From Candidatus Entotheonellaceae bacterium (lineage in GTDB: Bacteria > Tectomicrobia > Entotheonellia > Entotheonellales > Entotheonellaceae), in assembly GCA_965238075.1 (NCBI GenBank), contig OZ250173.1, positions 1,216,001-1,280,000 of the forward strand: 64,000 nt of DNA. The letters are read 5' to 3'. Shown piece by piece: positions 26,925 through 35,202 of this stretch (position 1 is the stretch's first letter; each line of letters starts with the position of its first letter). The notes beneath the pieces were generated by a model. It saw only the letters and a program-made list of their open reading frames with translations. It made no database searches and was not told where the DNA came from. A program made the position numbers and the translations under genes.

Positions 26925-28625
26925 CTACACTCTTCTTTTGTCGAATGACGTCTTTTTTCCGGTGCCATACAGCGTCAGGGCACCGCCCTCGCCCACGGCG
27001 TTGGGCCGTTGGAAAATCCAGTTTTGCCACGCACTCAAACGGCCAAAAATCTTGCTTTCCATGGTTTCCGGGCCGGCAAAGCGCAGGCTCCCCTCCATAC
27101 CCGTCAACGCGTCCGGCGAGAAACTCGCGCGCTCCTCCAATGCTAAACGCACCTCGTCTTCCCAATCGATATCGTCGGGGATAAACGTCACCAGTCCAAG
27201 CGCATCGGCTTCTTCCGCGTCGATCGCTTCTCCGGCCCGCGTTTGCAAATACGCGACGTGCTCGGGAGCGGACAGAAAACGGCTTTGTAGCCGCGTCAAG
27301 CCATTCACCGTCGGGAAAGGCCCGAAATTCAGTGGGGAAAGTCGTATCGCAGCCGGGGGAAACTCGCTCTCTTCAAAAACCCCGTCAAGCATATAAACGC
27401 GGTCCGCCGCAAGCACCAATTCCAGCAACATTCCGGCAAAACAACTGCCGGGCTCGACCAAGGCCATCAGGCTGCGCGAACTGACCTCCAAGCGTTTTAG
27501 CGTTCGCTTCCAGTACAGCAGAATTTCACGCACCAGCCAGTCGTCAGGTTGCTCGATCAGAACCTTCTCCATCGCTTCCACCGATGCGTGCGCCCCCTCA
27601 CTGCGAAACACCCACGTGCCAATGTCGCCTTCGTTCAGGCGCAGATGCAGAATGGCGTCATCGAGCGTCCGCGTCATGGCCAATGGCCACCAATACACGC
27701 CGGCCTGGCGCATCGTCTCCAGCGTTGCCGGGGCAGCTTTGGCCGGCGCCTGGATCGTCAACGTCGCCGCGGCCAATTCCCGATCGATGTCAACGGTCAA
27801 GGTGTCATAGCAGATACGGTCGGCCTCGATGGTACGCGACAAAGGCGTGAGCGTGATGCCCGTCGCATCGGCCGGCCGGTTCGATTGTGCGGCGCGTTCG
27901 AGGGCCCGCGCACGCACCACCTCGTCAAACCGGGAGCGCGGCGCCAGGGCATCTACAAGTCTCCACTCCAGAGCCCGCTGGCCCCGCAAGCCCTCGGACG
28001 TGGTACAGAAAAAATCGGCGCGATCATGCCGGACACGACGTTTGTCAACGAGCCGTGTCAACCCGCCCGTCCCAGGCAGCACCGCCAGTAGCGGCAACTC
28101 CGGAAGAGACACCGCACTCGCGCCATCGTCAATGAGAATGATGTCGTCACACGCCAGGGCAAGCTCATAGCCGCCCCCCGATGCCGTGCCGTTCACGGCG
28201 CAGAGGTACGTCTGCCCCGAGTGCTCAGTGGCGTCTTCGATGCTATTTCTCGTTTCGTTGGTGAATTTGCAAAAATTAACTTTATGGGCGTGCGATGCGC
28301 TGCCAAGCATGCGAATGTTTGCCCCGGCACAAAACACCTGCGGCTTGGCGGATACGATGACCACGGCCGCAACTTCCGGGTACTCGAAACGCAGGCGCTG
28401 TACGACATCGTAAAGCTCGATATCCACCCCGAGGTCGTACGAATTGAGCTTGAGCTCATACCCCGGAACGAGCGGCGCCTCTTCTTGTACATCCAGCGCC
28501 AGCGTCGCCACCCGACCGTCAACCGTGAGCGTCCAGTGCCGATAGTGATCGGGATGCGTGCGGAAATCGACGAACGGCTCTTGTCGTGCCGATGGCGTCT
28601 GGGTGAGGCTATCGCGGGTCGCCAT
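26925..28625 (-). CDS. boxC: 2,3-epoxybenzoyl-CoA dihydrolase
   Basis: 'YELKLNSYDLGVDIEL', 'FCAGANI', 'KVNFCKFTNETRN', 'LSAWQNWIFQRPNAVG'. Confidence 0.95.
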   Translation of the reverse strand: MATRDSLTQTPSARQEPFVDFRTHPDHYRHWTLTVDGRVATLALDVQEEAPLVPGYELKLNSYDLGVDIELYDVVQRLRFEYPEVAAVVIVSAKPQVFCAGANIRMLGSASHAHKVNFCKFTNETRNSIEDATEHSGQTYLCAVNGTASGGGYELALACDDIILIDDGASAVSLPELPLLAVLPGTGGLTRLVDKRRVRHDRADFFCTTSEGLRGQRALEWRLVDALAPRSRFDEVVRARALERAAQSNRPADATGITLTPLSRTIEADRICYDTLTVDIDRELAAATLTIQAPAKAAPATLETMRQAGVYWWPLAMTRTLDDAILHLRLNEGDIGTWVFRSEGAHASVEAMEKVLIEQPDDWLVREILLYWKRTLKRLEVSSRSLMALVEPGSCFAGMLLELVLAADRVYMLDGVFEESEFPPAAIRLSPLNFGPFPTVNGLTRLQSRFLSAPEHVAYLQTRAGEAIDAEEADALGLVTFIPDDIDWEDEVRLALEERASFSPDALTGMEGSLRFAGPETMESKIFGRLSAWQNWIFQRPNAVGEGGALTLYGTGKKTSFDKRRV

Positions 28626-28665
28626 TACTTCAAGGTCCCTTTCTCATGCTGAACGCAATTCGTCT

Positions 28666-28760
28666 ATGAACCCGAGAAAACCCTGTCCAACCGGTCTCCC
28701 CGATGAGCAGGGGGACGTGCTCAAGCCCATGTTACCACCCGATCAGCCAAGAGGACCAAA
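28666..28760 (+). pseudogene. Possible degenerate IS5-family transposase N-terminal fragment
   Basis: 'MNPRKPCPTGLPDEQGDVLKPMLPPDQPRGP' resembles the RKPYPTDLTDEQW..L.PLLP...RGRP start of IS5 transposases. Confidence 0.45.
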
Positions 28761-28787
28761 AACAGCGTGTCGTTATTTTGAAGTATT

Positions 28788-30098
28788 TCAGGCTTGGGTC
28801 GTGCGGAGGGGGGAGGGAGTTTCGACGACTGGTGCAGACGCCGCGGCCTGGGCTCTTTCGTTCTGCGCCATCAGGTCCATGGCCAGCAGCGCCGACACCA
28901 GCCCGGCGGCGAAGCTGATCATCCAGGAGACGGCGTAGCCGTTCGAGATATCGTAGAGATAACCGCCGAGGAAGCCGCCGGTGGCCATGCCCACCATCGC
29001 AAAGCACATCTGGCCCGAATAGCCCGGCCCGAAGCCGCGCGACCCGTATATTTCGCGCGCTACCACGCCGTATTGCGTGTTCACGCCGCCATAGCCAAAA
29101 CCCCAGAACACCGCGTACAGGAAGAAGATCGCCGGGTCCTCGGCGTTAACCAGCCACAGAACCAAGGTGCCCTGTATGAACAGGGTGAAAATGAGTGTCA
29201 GGCGTGCGCCATGGCGGTCGGCGAAAACGCCCCAGGCGACCCGCCCGGCCACCGCCGACAGCGACATGAGGCCCAGCACCCAGGCCGAGGCGAAGGTGGA
29301 GAGGCCGGCGTGCTGGGCGAACACCACGATGTGCACCAGCGGCACGGAGTGACACATGCAGCAGAAGAAGTTAATGACGGCGAGGGTCCAGAAGCCCTCC
29401 ATGCGCAGGATGTCGCGCCACACCGAGCCCAGCGAGCGGGTGGGCCGCTTGCTGCTGGCTGTCGTCGACGCGGCGTCCGAAGCGGCGCCGAAGGGCACCA
29501 GGCCCATCTCGTGCGGATAGTTGCGGATGAACAGGCAGGCCAGCACCGATGCGGACGTTACCGTCAGGCTCAGCATCACGAACGCCGTCTGCCAGTCCCA
29601 GCGCAGAATCACCCAGGTGACCAGGGGCGAGAAGATAAACGGCCCCAAGCCGTTGCCGGCCATTGTCAGGCCCATCGCGAAGCCTTGGCGCTTTTCGAAC
29701 CAGCGGGCGATCAGAGCAGCGGTCGCAATCAGGAACACGCTGCGGCCCACCGAGGTCACCAGGCCGTACCAGAAATAAAAGCCTTCCACCGTGGTCACGG
29801 TGCTGGTGGCATACAGGCCGATGCCGTGAATCAGCGTGCCGAGCAGCAGCAGCTTGCGCACGCTGTGGGTGTGCATCAGCGATCCGACTCCCAGGATACC
29901 GAGGCCGCTGACGATGGCCGAGAGGGCATAGGTGAACGACAGGGCGCTGTGCGACCAGCCCATGTCGTCGGCCATCGGGTTGATGAACACGCCGAAGGCC
30001 ATCATGGTGCCGGAGGCCAGGAAGGTGATGAGAAAGCAGGCGGCCAAGACGATCCAGCCAAAGAAGAGTCGCTCGGTGGGGGCAATCTGGGGTGCCAT
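28788..30098 (-). CDS. MFS transporter (OFA/MCT-like)
   Basis: 'FFGWIVLAA', 'IARWFEKRQGFAMG', 'GVFADRHG'. Confidence 0.88.
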   Translation of the reverse strand: MAPQIAPTERLFFGWIVLAACFLITFLASGTMMAFGVFINPMADDMGWSHSALSFTYALSAIVSGLGILGVGSLMHTHSVRKLLLLGTLIHGIGLYATSTVTTVEGFYFWYGLVTSVGRSVFLIATAALIARWFEKRQGFAMGLTMAGNGLGPFIFSPLVTWVILRWDWQTAFVMLSLTVTSASVLACLFIRNYPHEMGLVPFGAASDAASTTASSKRPTRSLGSVWRDILRMEGFWTLAVINFFCCMCHSVPLVHIVVFAQHAGLSTFASAWVLGLMSLSAVAGRVAWGVFADRHGARLTLIFTLFIQGTLVLWLVNAEDPAIFFLYAVFWGFGYGGVNTQYGVVAREIYGSRGFGPGYSGQMCFAMVGMATGGFLGGYLYDISNGYAVSWMISFAAGLVSALLAMDLMAQNERAQAAASAPVVETPSPLRTTQA

Positions 30099-30322
30099 TC
30101 ACATTATCCTATATTCACAGCGGGCTGCGGCGTTGGCAGTGTGGAACCGTCATTCGCCCGTGGCGCAGGGAGCGAGCATACAGGGCCGCAGCGCGCCCGT
30201 CAAACGGCGATACCGGCGCCATTTGACCGCCCCGGCGGACACCCCTTACAATCCTCTGATCCAATCCGAAAGCCCACAGACTGCCTTGTGCAAGGCCGGG
30301 GCATCTCTCCTGGAGTTTCTCG

Positions 30323-31084
30323 ATGAAGCTGATTTCGTGGAACGTGAACGGCATCCGCGCGGTGCTGCGTAAAAACCTTTTCCTGCCGTTCGTGGCGGAC
30401 CACGACCCGGACGTCATCTGCCTGCAGGAGACCAAGGCGCACCCGCAGCAGGTGGAGCTCGAGCTGCCGTCCCACCCCTACCAGTACTGGCACAGCGCCG
30501 AAAAGAAAGGCTACGCCGGCACGGCGATTTTCTCCAAGCGCGAGCCGGTGTCCGTGAGCTACGGCATCGGCGTGGCATCCTTCGACAGCGAGGGGCGCCT
30601 GGTCGCCGCGGAGTTCGACGACTTCTACGTCGTCTCGGTGTACGTGCCCAACTCCAAGCGCGACCTGAGCCGCCTGGATGAGCGCCAGGAGTGGGACCGC
30701 GCCTTTCTCGCCCATTTGAAGGGTCTGGATAAGCACAAGCCGGTCGTATTCAGCGGCGATTTCAACGTCGCGCACACCGAGATCGACCTCGCCCGGCCCA
30801 AGGAAAACGAGGGCCATCACGGCTATACTCGGGAAGAGCGCAGCGGCTTTGAGGGCTTCGTCAGCGCGGGCTTCATCGACACGTTTCGCCGCCTGCACCC
30901 CGACGAGCGTCACCAATACACCTGGTGGCGGCAGATGGGCGGCGCGCGTGAACGCAATGTCGGCTGGCGTATCGATTACGTCATGATATCTGCCGCCCTG
31001 CTGCCTCGCCTGGAGTCCGCCTCGATCCTGTCGGACGTATACGGATCGGACCACTGCCCGGTCGGCATTACATGGAGTCAATAG
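30323..31084 (+). CDS. xth: Exodeoxyribonuclease III
   Basis: 'SWNVNGIRA', 'CLQETK', 'GDFNVAH', 'GWRIDY', 'GSDHCP'. Confidence 0.95.
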   Translation: MKLISWNVNGIRAVLRKNLFLPFVADHDPDVICLQETKAHPQQVELELPSHPYQYWHSAEKKGYAGTAIFSKREPVSVSYGIGVASFDSEGRLVAAEFDDFYVVSVYVPNSKRDLSRLDERQEWDRAFLAHLKGLDKHKPVVFSGDFNVAHTEIDLARPKENEGHHGYTREERSGFEGFVSAGFIDTFRRLHPDERHQYTWWRQMGGARERNVGWRIDYVMISAALLPRLESASILSDVYGSDHCPVGITWSQ

Positions 31085-31123
31085 CACCTTTATACCCGCA
31101 TCGCCTCTTGAGGAGAAAATGAC

Positions 31124-32047
31124 ATGCGAATCGTTGTCCACGGTCAACAAGCCTTCGGCAAAGGCATTCTGGAAGCGCTGCTGAACCGCGGCGAGGACGT
31201 CGTTGGCGTGTTCTGCGCCCCGGCTGCCCCCGGTGGGCGCGTCGATCCGTTGCAGGAAGCCGCTGAGAGCCACAACTTGCCGGTGTACCAACCCAAGTCG
31301 TACCGCAAGCCGGAAGTGCGGGACACCTTTGCAGCACTGGAAAGCGACCTGTGCGTGATGGCCTACGTGACGCTGTTCGTCCCCGAAGAGGTGTTGAATC
31401 TGCCGCGCCTCGGCACCATTCAGTACCACCCGTCGCTGCTGCCGCGCCACCGCGGGCCGAGTTCGATCAACTGGCCGATCATCTGGGGCGAGAAGCGGAC
31501 AGGCCTGACGATTTTCTGGCCGGACAACGGGCTTGATACGGGGCCGGTTCTGCTGCAGAAGACCGTCGATATCGCCGATACGGATACGCTGGGAAGCCTC
31601 TATTTCGACCAGCTTTACCCCCTGGGGGTGGAGGCGATGCTGGAAGCGGTGGATCAGGTCCGGGATGGTACGGCGCCCAAAATTCCGCAGAATGAGACGG
31701 ACGCCACCTACGAAGGCTGGTGCCGCAAGGAGCAGGTCGAGATCGACTGGAGCCAGCCCCTCGACGCGGTTTGGAATCTCATCCGCGGCGCCGACCCGCA
31801 GCCCGGCGCCTGGAGCACGCACGCCGGACAGGAGGTACAGATCCACGATGCCCGCAGACTCCCCGGCACATCCGCCAGCCATCCCGGCGAAGTGACCGCC
31901 GTGGATGAAAACGGCATCACCGTTGCCGCTTTAGGCGGCCACCTTGCCATCCAGCGCGTCAGGCCCGCCGGCGGCAAGAAAATGGCCGCCGGCGCCTTTG
32001 CCCAGGAAGCCGGACTGCGCCCCGGCGCCCGACTGGGTGGCAGTTGA
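31124..32047 (+). CDS. Fmt-like formyltransferase / 10-formyl-THF hydrolase-like protein
   Basis: 'YHPSLLPRHRGPSSINW', 'FWPDNGLDTGP', C-terminal 'IRGADPQPGAWS'. Confidence 0.8.
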   Translation: MRIVVHGQQAFGKGILEALLNRGEDVVGVFCAPAAPGGRVDPLQEAAESHNLPVYQPKSYRKPEVRDTFAALESDLCVMAYVTLFVPEEVLNLPRLGTIQYHPSLLPRHRGPSSINWPIIWGEKRTGLTIFWPDNGLDTGPVLLQKTVDIADTDTLGSLYFDQLYPLGVEAMLEAVDQVRDGTAPKIPQNETDATYEGWCRKEQVEIDWSQPLDAVWNLIRGADPQPGAWSTHAGQEVQIHDARRLPGTSASHPGEVTAVDENGITVAALGGHLAIQRVRPAGGKKMAAGAFAQEAGLRPGARLGGS

Positions 32048-32054
32048 GAAACAG

Positions 32055-32837
32055 CTACCCCGCCGTAGCGCCGCCGTCGACAGGCAGCGCCACCCCGGTC
32101 ACGAACGATGCCTCGTCCGACAGCAGAAAGAGCGCCGCGTTGGCGATCTCCTCCGGCTTGCCGGGGCGGCCCATGGGCACGCGGTCCTGGCGCCTGTGGA
32201 TCAGTTCCTCCACGTCGAGGTCCTCGGTTCCCGGCTGGTCCGGGCGCTTGACGAAAACGCGCAGCATGGGCGTGTCGATAGGACCGGGGCAGATGGAATT
32301 CACCCGGATGTTGTCGGGCGCCAACCGCAAGGCGAGCGCTTTCATGAAGCCGTTGACGCCGAACTTGGCGGCTGAATAGATTGGACTCATGCGCGAGCCC
32401 ACCAACCCGGACACCGAGGCGGTGAACAGCAAGGCGCCGCCGCCTCTCGCCCGGAGCTGGGGAATGGCGGCCTCGGTCGTCACGATCACCGAGCGCACGT
32501 TGAGGTCCATGGCCAACTCGTAAGCCGCCCAATCCACCCCTTCCACTGCGGCCGGACCGGGATGGCCGACGTGATTCCAAACGAAATCGAGCCCGCCGAA
32601 GGCGTCGCCGGTCTCAGCGATAATGCGGCGGGCGTCCGCATCCTGCCGCAGGTCGGCGATGATCCCCGTGGCGCGCCCGCCGGCGCTAACGATCTCCGTT
32701 ACCACGCGCTCAACGGCCTGCGTGTTGATGTCCACCACGCCAACGGACGCCCCTTCCCGCGCAAAGCGCAACGCCCCGGCCCGCCCCATGCCGGAGCCTG
32801 CCGCCGTCACCACGCCGATCTTGCCGTCCAGTCTCAT
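32055..32837 (-). CDS. SDR family oxidoreductase
   Basis: 'VTAAGSGMG', 'YSAAK', 'NSICPG', 'VDGG'. Confidence 0.9.
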   Translation of the reverse strand: MRLDGKIGVVTAAGSGMGRAGALRFAREGASVGVVDINTQAVERVVTEIVSAGGRATGIIADLRQDADARRIIAETGDAFGGLDFVWNHVGHPGPAAVEGVDWAAYELAMDLNVRSVIVTTEAAIPQLRARGGGALLFTASVSGLVGSRMSPIYSAAKFGVNGFMKALALRLAPDNIRVNSICPGPIDTPMLRVFVKRPDQPGTEDLDVEELIHRRQDRVPMGRPGKPEEIANAALFLLSDEASFVTGVALPVDGGATAG

Positions 32838-32901
32838 CGTGCCTCCCTTTATCCGCGGGCCGGGCAGCCGCGCCCGCGCGCCGTGTTTTGGATCCCCTGC
32901 T

Positions 32902-33390
32902 TTAATTCGAAAATGGCGGCGGCCCGAAAATCTCGATCTCGCCGACCATGCCCGCCTCGGTATGCCCCTCTTTATGGCAGTAGAGGCGCAGGCCCTTGCC
33001 CTTGGTCATCGGATAGAAGTACCAGGCGAGGGTGGCGCCGGGGAGCAATTCCATGTCGCGGACGTCGCCGTGCACCTCCGCCACCGTGCTGCCGCTGCCG
33101 TCGATGAATTCCACTTTGCGCGTGAAGACCCGCGTCGCCAAGCCGTCCGAGGTGAAGTAATGCGCCTGGCTGCTGGGATTGTGGATGACCAGCTTGTAGT
33201 ACTTGCCGCGCTGGAACCGGAGCTTGTCCGGTACGAACCGCAGGTGCCCATCCTGACTGCCGGTCTCCACTCGCACCTCGATCGTCTCGGGCTGCCCGAC
33301 TGCTAAGCTGATGGGCCACAGCATGGCGAGGGTTCCTGAAACCAGCAGACTTATCGCCCAAAGCAGCTTTCCTTGCAATTGCCTGTGCAC
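32902..33390 (-). CDS. Secreted cupredoxin-like (blue copper) protein
   Basis: Signal peptide, 'LRFVPDKL', C-terminal 'YCHKEGHTEAGM' C-x4-H-x4-M ligands; GTG start inferred. Confidence 0.75.
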   Translation of the reverse strand: MHRQLQGKLLWAISLLVSGTLAMLWPISLAVGQPETIEVRVETGSQDGHLRFVPDKLRFQRGKYYKLVIHNPSSQAHYFTSDGLATRVFTRKVEFIDGSGSTVAEVHGDVRDMELLPGATLAWYFYPMTKGKGLRLYCHKEGHTEAGMVGEIEIFGPPPFSN

Positions 33391-33538
33391 GTTCAGACTC
33401 CCTTCGTTGGTGGTTTCATAGGCGCCTTGCGGCGCTTCCAAAGGTGCGGGCCTGAGTATATGATGAACCGCCGCGCCGCAAAACAGGCGGCTCACACCAG
33501 CTTATCAGCCACACGTCATTTCCCTGAGAGGAGACATC

Positions 33539-34192
33539 ATGCTCTACGAATCACGTGTCTACTACACCGTGCCGGGCCGCTTGGCGGCTCTGAACGCGCG
33601 CTTCGCCGACCACACCATGGGGTTTTTCCGCAAACACGGCATCGGCATGCTGGGATTCTGGACCGACGAAATCGGCATCAGCAACCGGCTGACGTACATC
33701 CTGACGTTCGACAGCATGGCGGACCGCGAGGCCAAGTGGGGCACCTTTCAGGCCGATCCGGGCTGGCAGCAGGCGCGCTCGCAGACGGAAGCCGACGGCC
33801 CCATCGTGGCGCAGGTGGTGAATACCTTCATGCGGCTGACGCCGTATTCGCCCGAGCCGCGCATCGACACCAACGTGCAGGAATTGCGCGTCTACGACGC
33901 TATGCCGGGCAAATTGCCGAACCTGAACGACCGCTTCGCCAACCACACCATGAAACTCTTCGAAAAGCACGGCATCGCCAACATCGCCTATTGGGTCGAG
34001 GACGTGGGCACGAGCAACCGTCTGGTCTACCTGCTGGGGCACCCGGACCTGGGATCGCGCGAGAAGAGTTTCACGGCGTTTCAGGCCGATCCGGACTGGC
34101 AAAAGGCGCGGGCGGACTCGGAGGCCGAGGGCGCTCTGGTACGCGCCAGCCAGCATTGCATCCTGCGCCCGACGGCGTACTCGCCGCGCTGA
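33539..34192 (+). CDS. NIPSNAP family protein (two domains)
   Basis: Two repeats of 'E.RVY...PG.L..LN.RFA.HT...F.KHGI...FQADP.WQ.AR..SE'. Confidence 0.88.
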   Translation: MLYESRVYYTVPGRLAALNARFADHTMGFFRKHGIGMLGFWTDEIGISNRLTYILTFDSMADREAKWGTFQADPGWQQARSQTEADGPIVAQVVNTFMRLTPYSPEPRIDTNVQELRVYDAMPGKLPNLNDRFANHTMKLFEKHGIANIAYWVEDVGTSNRLVYLLGHPDLGSREKSFTAFQADPDWQKARADSEAEGALVRASQHCILRPTAYSPR

Positions 34193-34204
34193 CCACCCGC
34201 ACAC

Positions 34205-34232
34205 CCCGGCCCGCTCCCAGGGAGAGGGAGGG
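34205..34232. repeat. Partial copy of the CCC..CTCCC/GGGAGAGGG palindrome between convergent genes
   Basis: ccccggcccgctcccagggagagggagg. Confidence 0.4.
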
Positions 34233-35174
34233 TTATGCCCCATCGGTGGTGACACCGGCAAAGAGATCGTCCTCCGGCAGCTTCGTCGGCACCGCGCTGC
34301 GGGCCAGGATATAGTCGTCGTAAGGGTAGGCGGCCCGGTCCACCTGTGGCGGCAGGCCGAACCAGTGCCGCGAGTTGGGATCAACCTGCGTGGCGTGGGC
34401 GCGCAGGGCGTTGCGGGTCTGTTCCCAATGATCGCCGACGAACACCTTGGTGGTCAGGAAATGATCCATGGAGCGGCGCCGCTTCCAACGCTTGGGGTTG
34501 AGCGGCGACGGCAGGCCAAGCTGCGTGAACGCCTTATGGCGAGCCACCAGGCGGGCGCGCGACCACAGGATGTAGTACAGCTTCTGCGGCGCCCACGGTT
34601 CACCCAGCTCGGGATGAAACGCCGGATCGCGGGCCGCCCTGTAGGCGGGCAGCGAGGCGTCGTGCACCCGCAGATGATCGGGGTGCCGGTAGCCGCGCTG
34701 GTTGGCGGGGTAGGTCACCATCACGTGGGGCCGCTCCCGGCGGATGAGACGCACCAACGCTCGCACCGTTTCGTCGAGCGGCGCCGCCGCAAAGGTGCCC
34801 GGCTCATTGCTCGCCGGTATGTTGGAGTCCCCGTAGCCGAGCATCCACACGCGCTGATAGCCGAGATGGGCCGTTGCCTCGATCAATTCCCGGCGGCGCA
34901 GCTCCGGCAGGCGTTCCTTGACCTCCGGCTGATCGAGCGCCGGATTGAGAACGCTACCGGCTTCCCCCCCGGTGCAGCAAACGAGCACCACGCCGACGCC
35001 GGCCGCTGCATAACGCGCCGCGCTGCCGCCGCCCTTGGAAGCTTCGTCGTCGGGGTGAGCGTGGATGGTCAGCATGCGACGCTCGCACTTGGCGGGGTCG
35101 CCGTCCTGCCGCAAGACTTCAGGCTCCGGGATCACGGCATCCACCTCGTGCGGGTGGCCGCTGCGCTTCGGCAT
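34233..35174 (-). CDS. PIG-L family deacetylase, mycothiol conjugate amidase (Mca)-like
   Basis: 'HAHPDDEASKG', 'CCTGGEAG', 'GYRHPDH', 'ALRAHATQVDP'. Confidence 0.8.
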   Translation of the reverse strand: MPKRSGHPHEVDAVIPEPEVLRQDGDPAKCERRMLTIHAHPDDEASKGGGSAARYAAAGVGVVLVCCTGGEAGSVLNPALDQPEVKERLPELRRRELIEATAHLGYQRVWMLGYGDSNIPASNEPGTFAAAPLDETVRALVRLIRRERPHVMVTYPANQRGYRHPDHLRVHDASLPAYRAARDPAFHPELGEPWAPQKLYYILWSRARLVARHKAFTQLGLPSPLNPKRWKRRRSMDHFLTTKVFVGDHWEQTRNALRAHATQVDPNSRHWFGLPPQVDRAAYPYDDYILARSAVPTKLPEDDLFAGVTTDGA

Positions 35175-35202
35175 TCCATGTGTCAGGCTTCCTCTCACAG
35201 AA

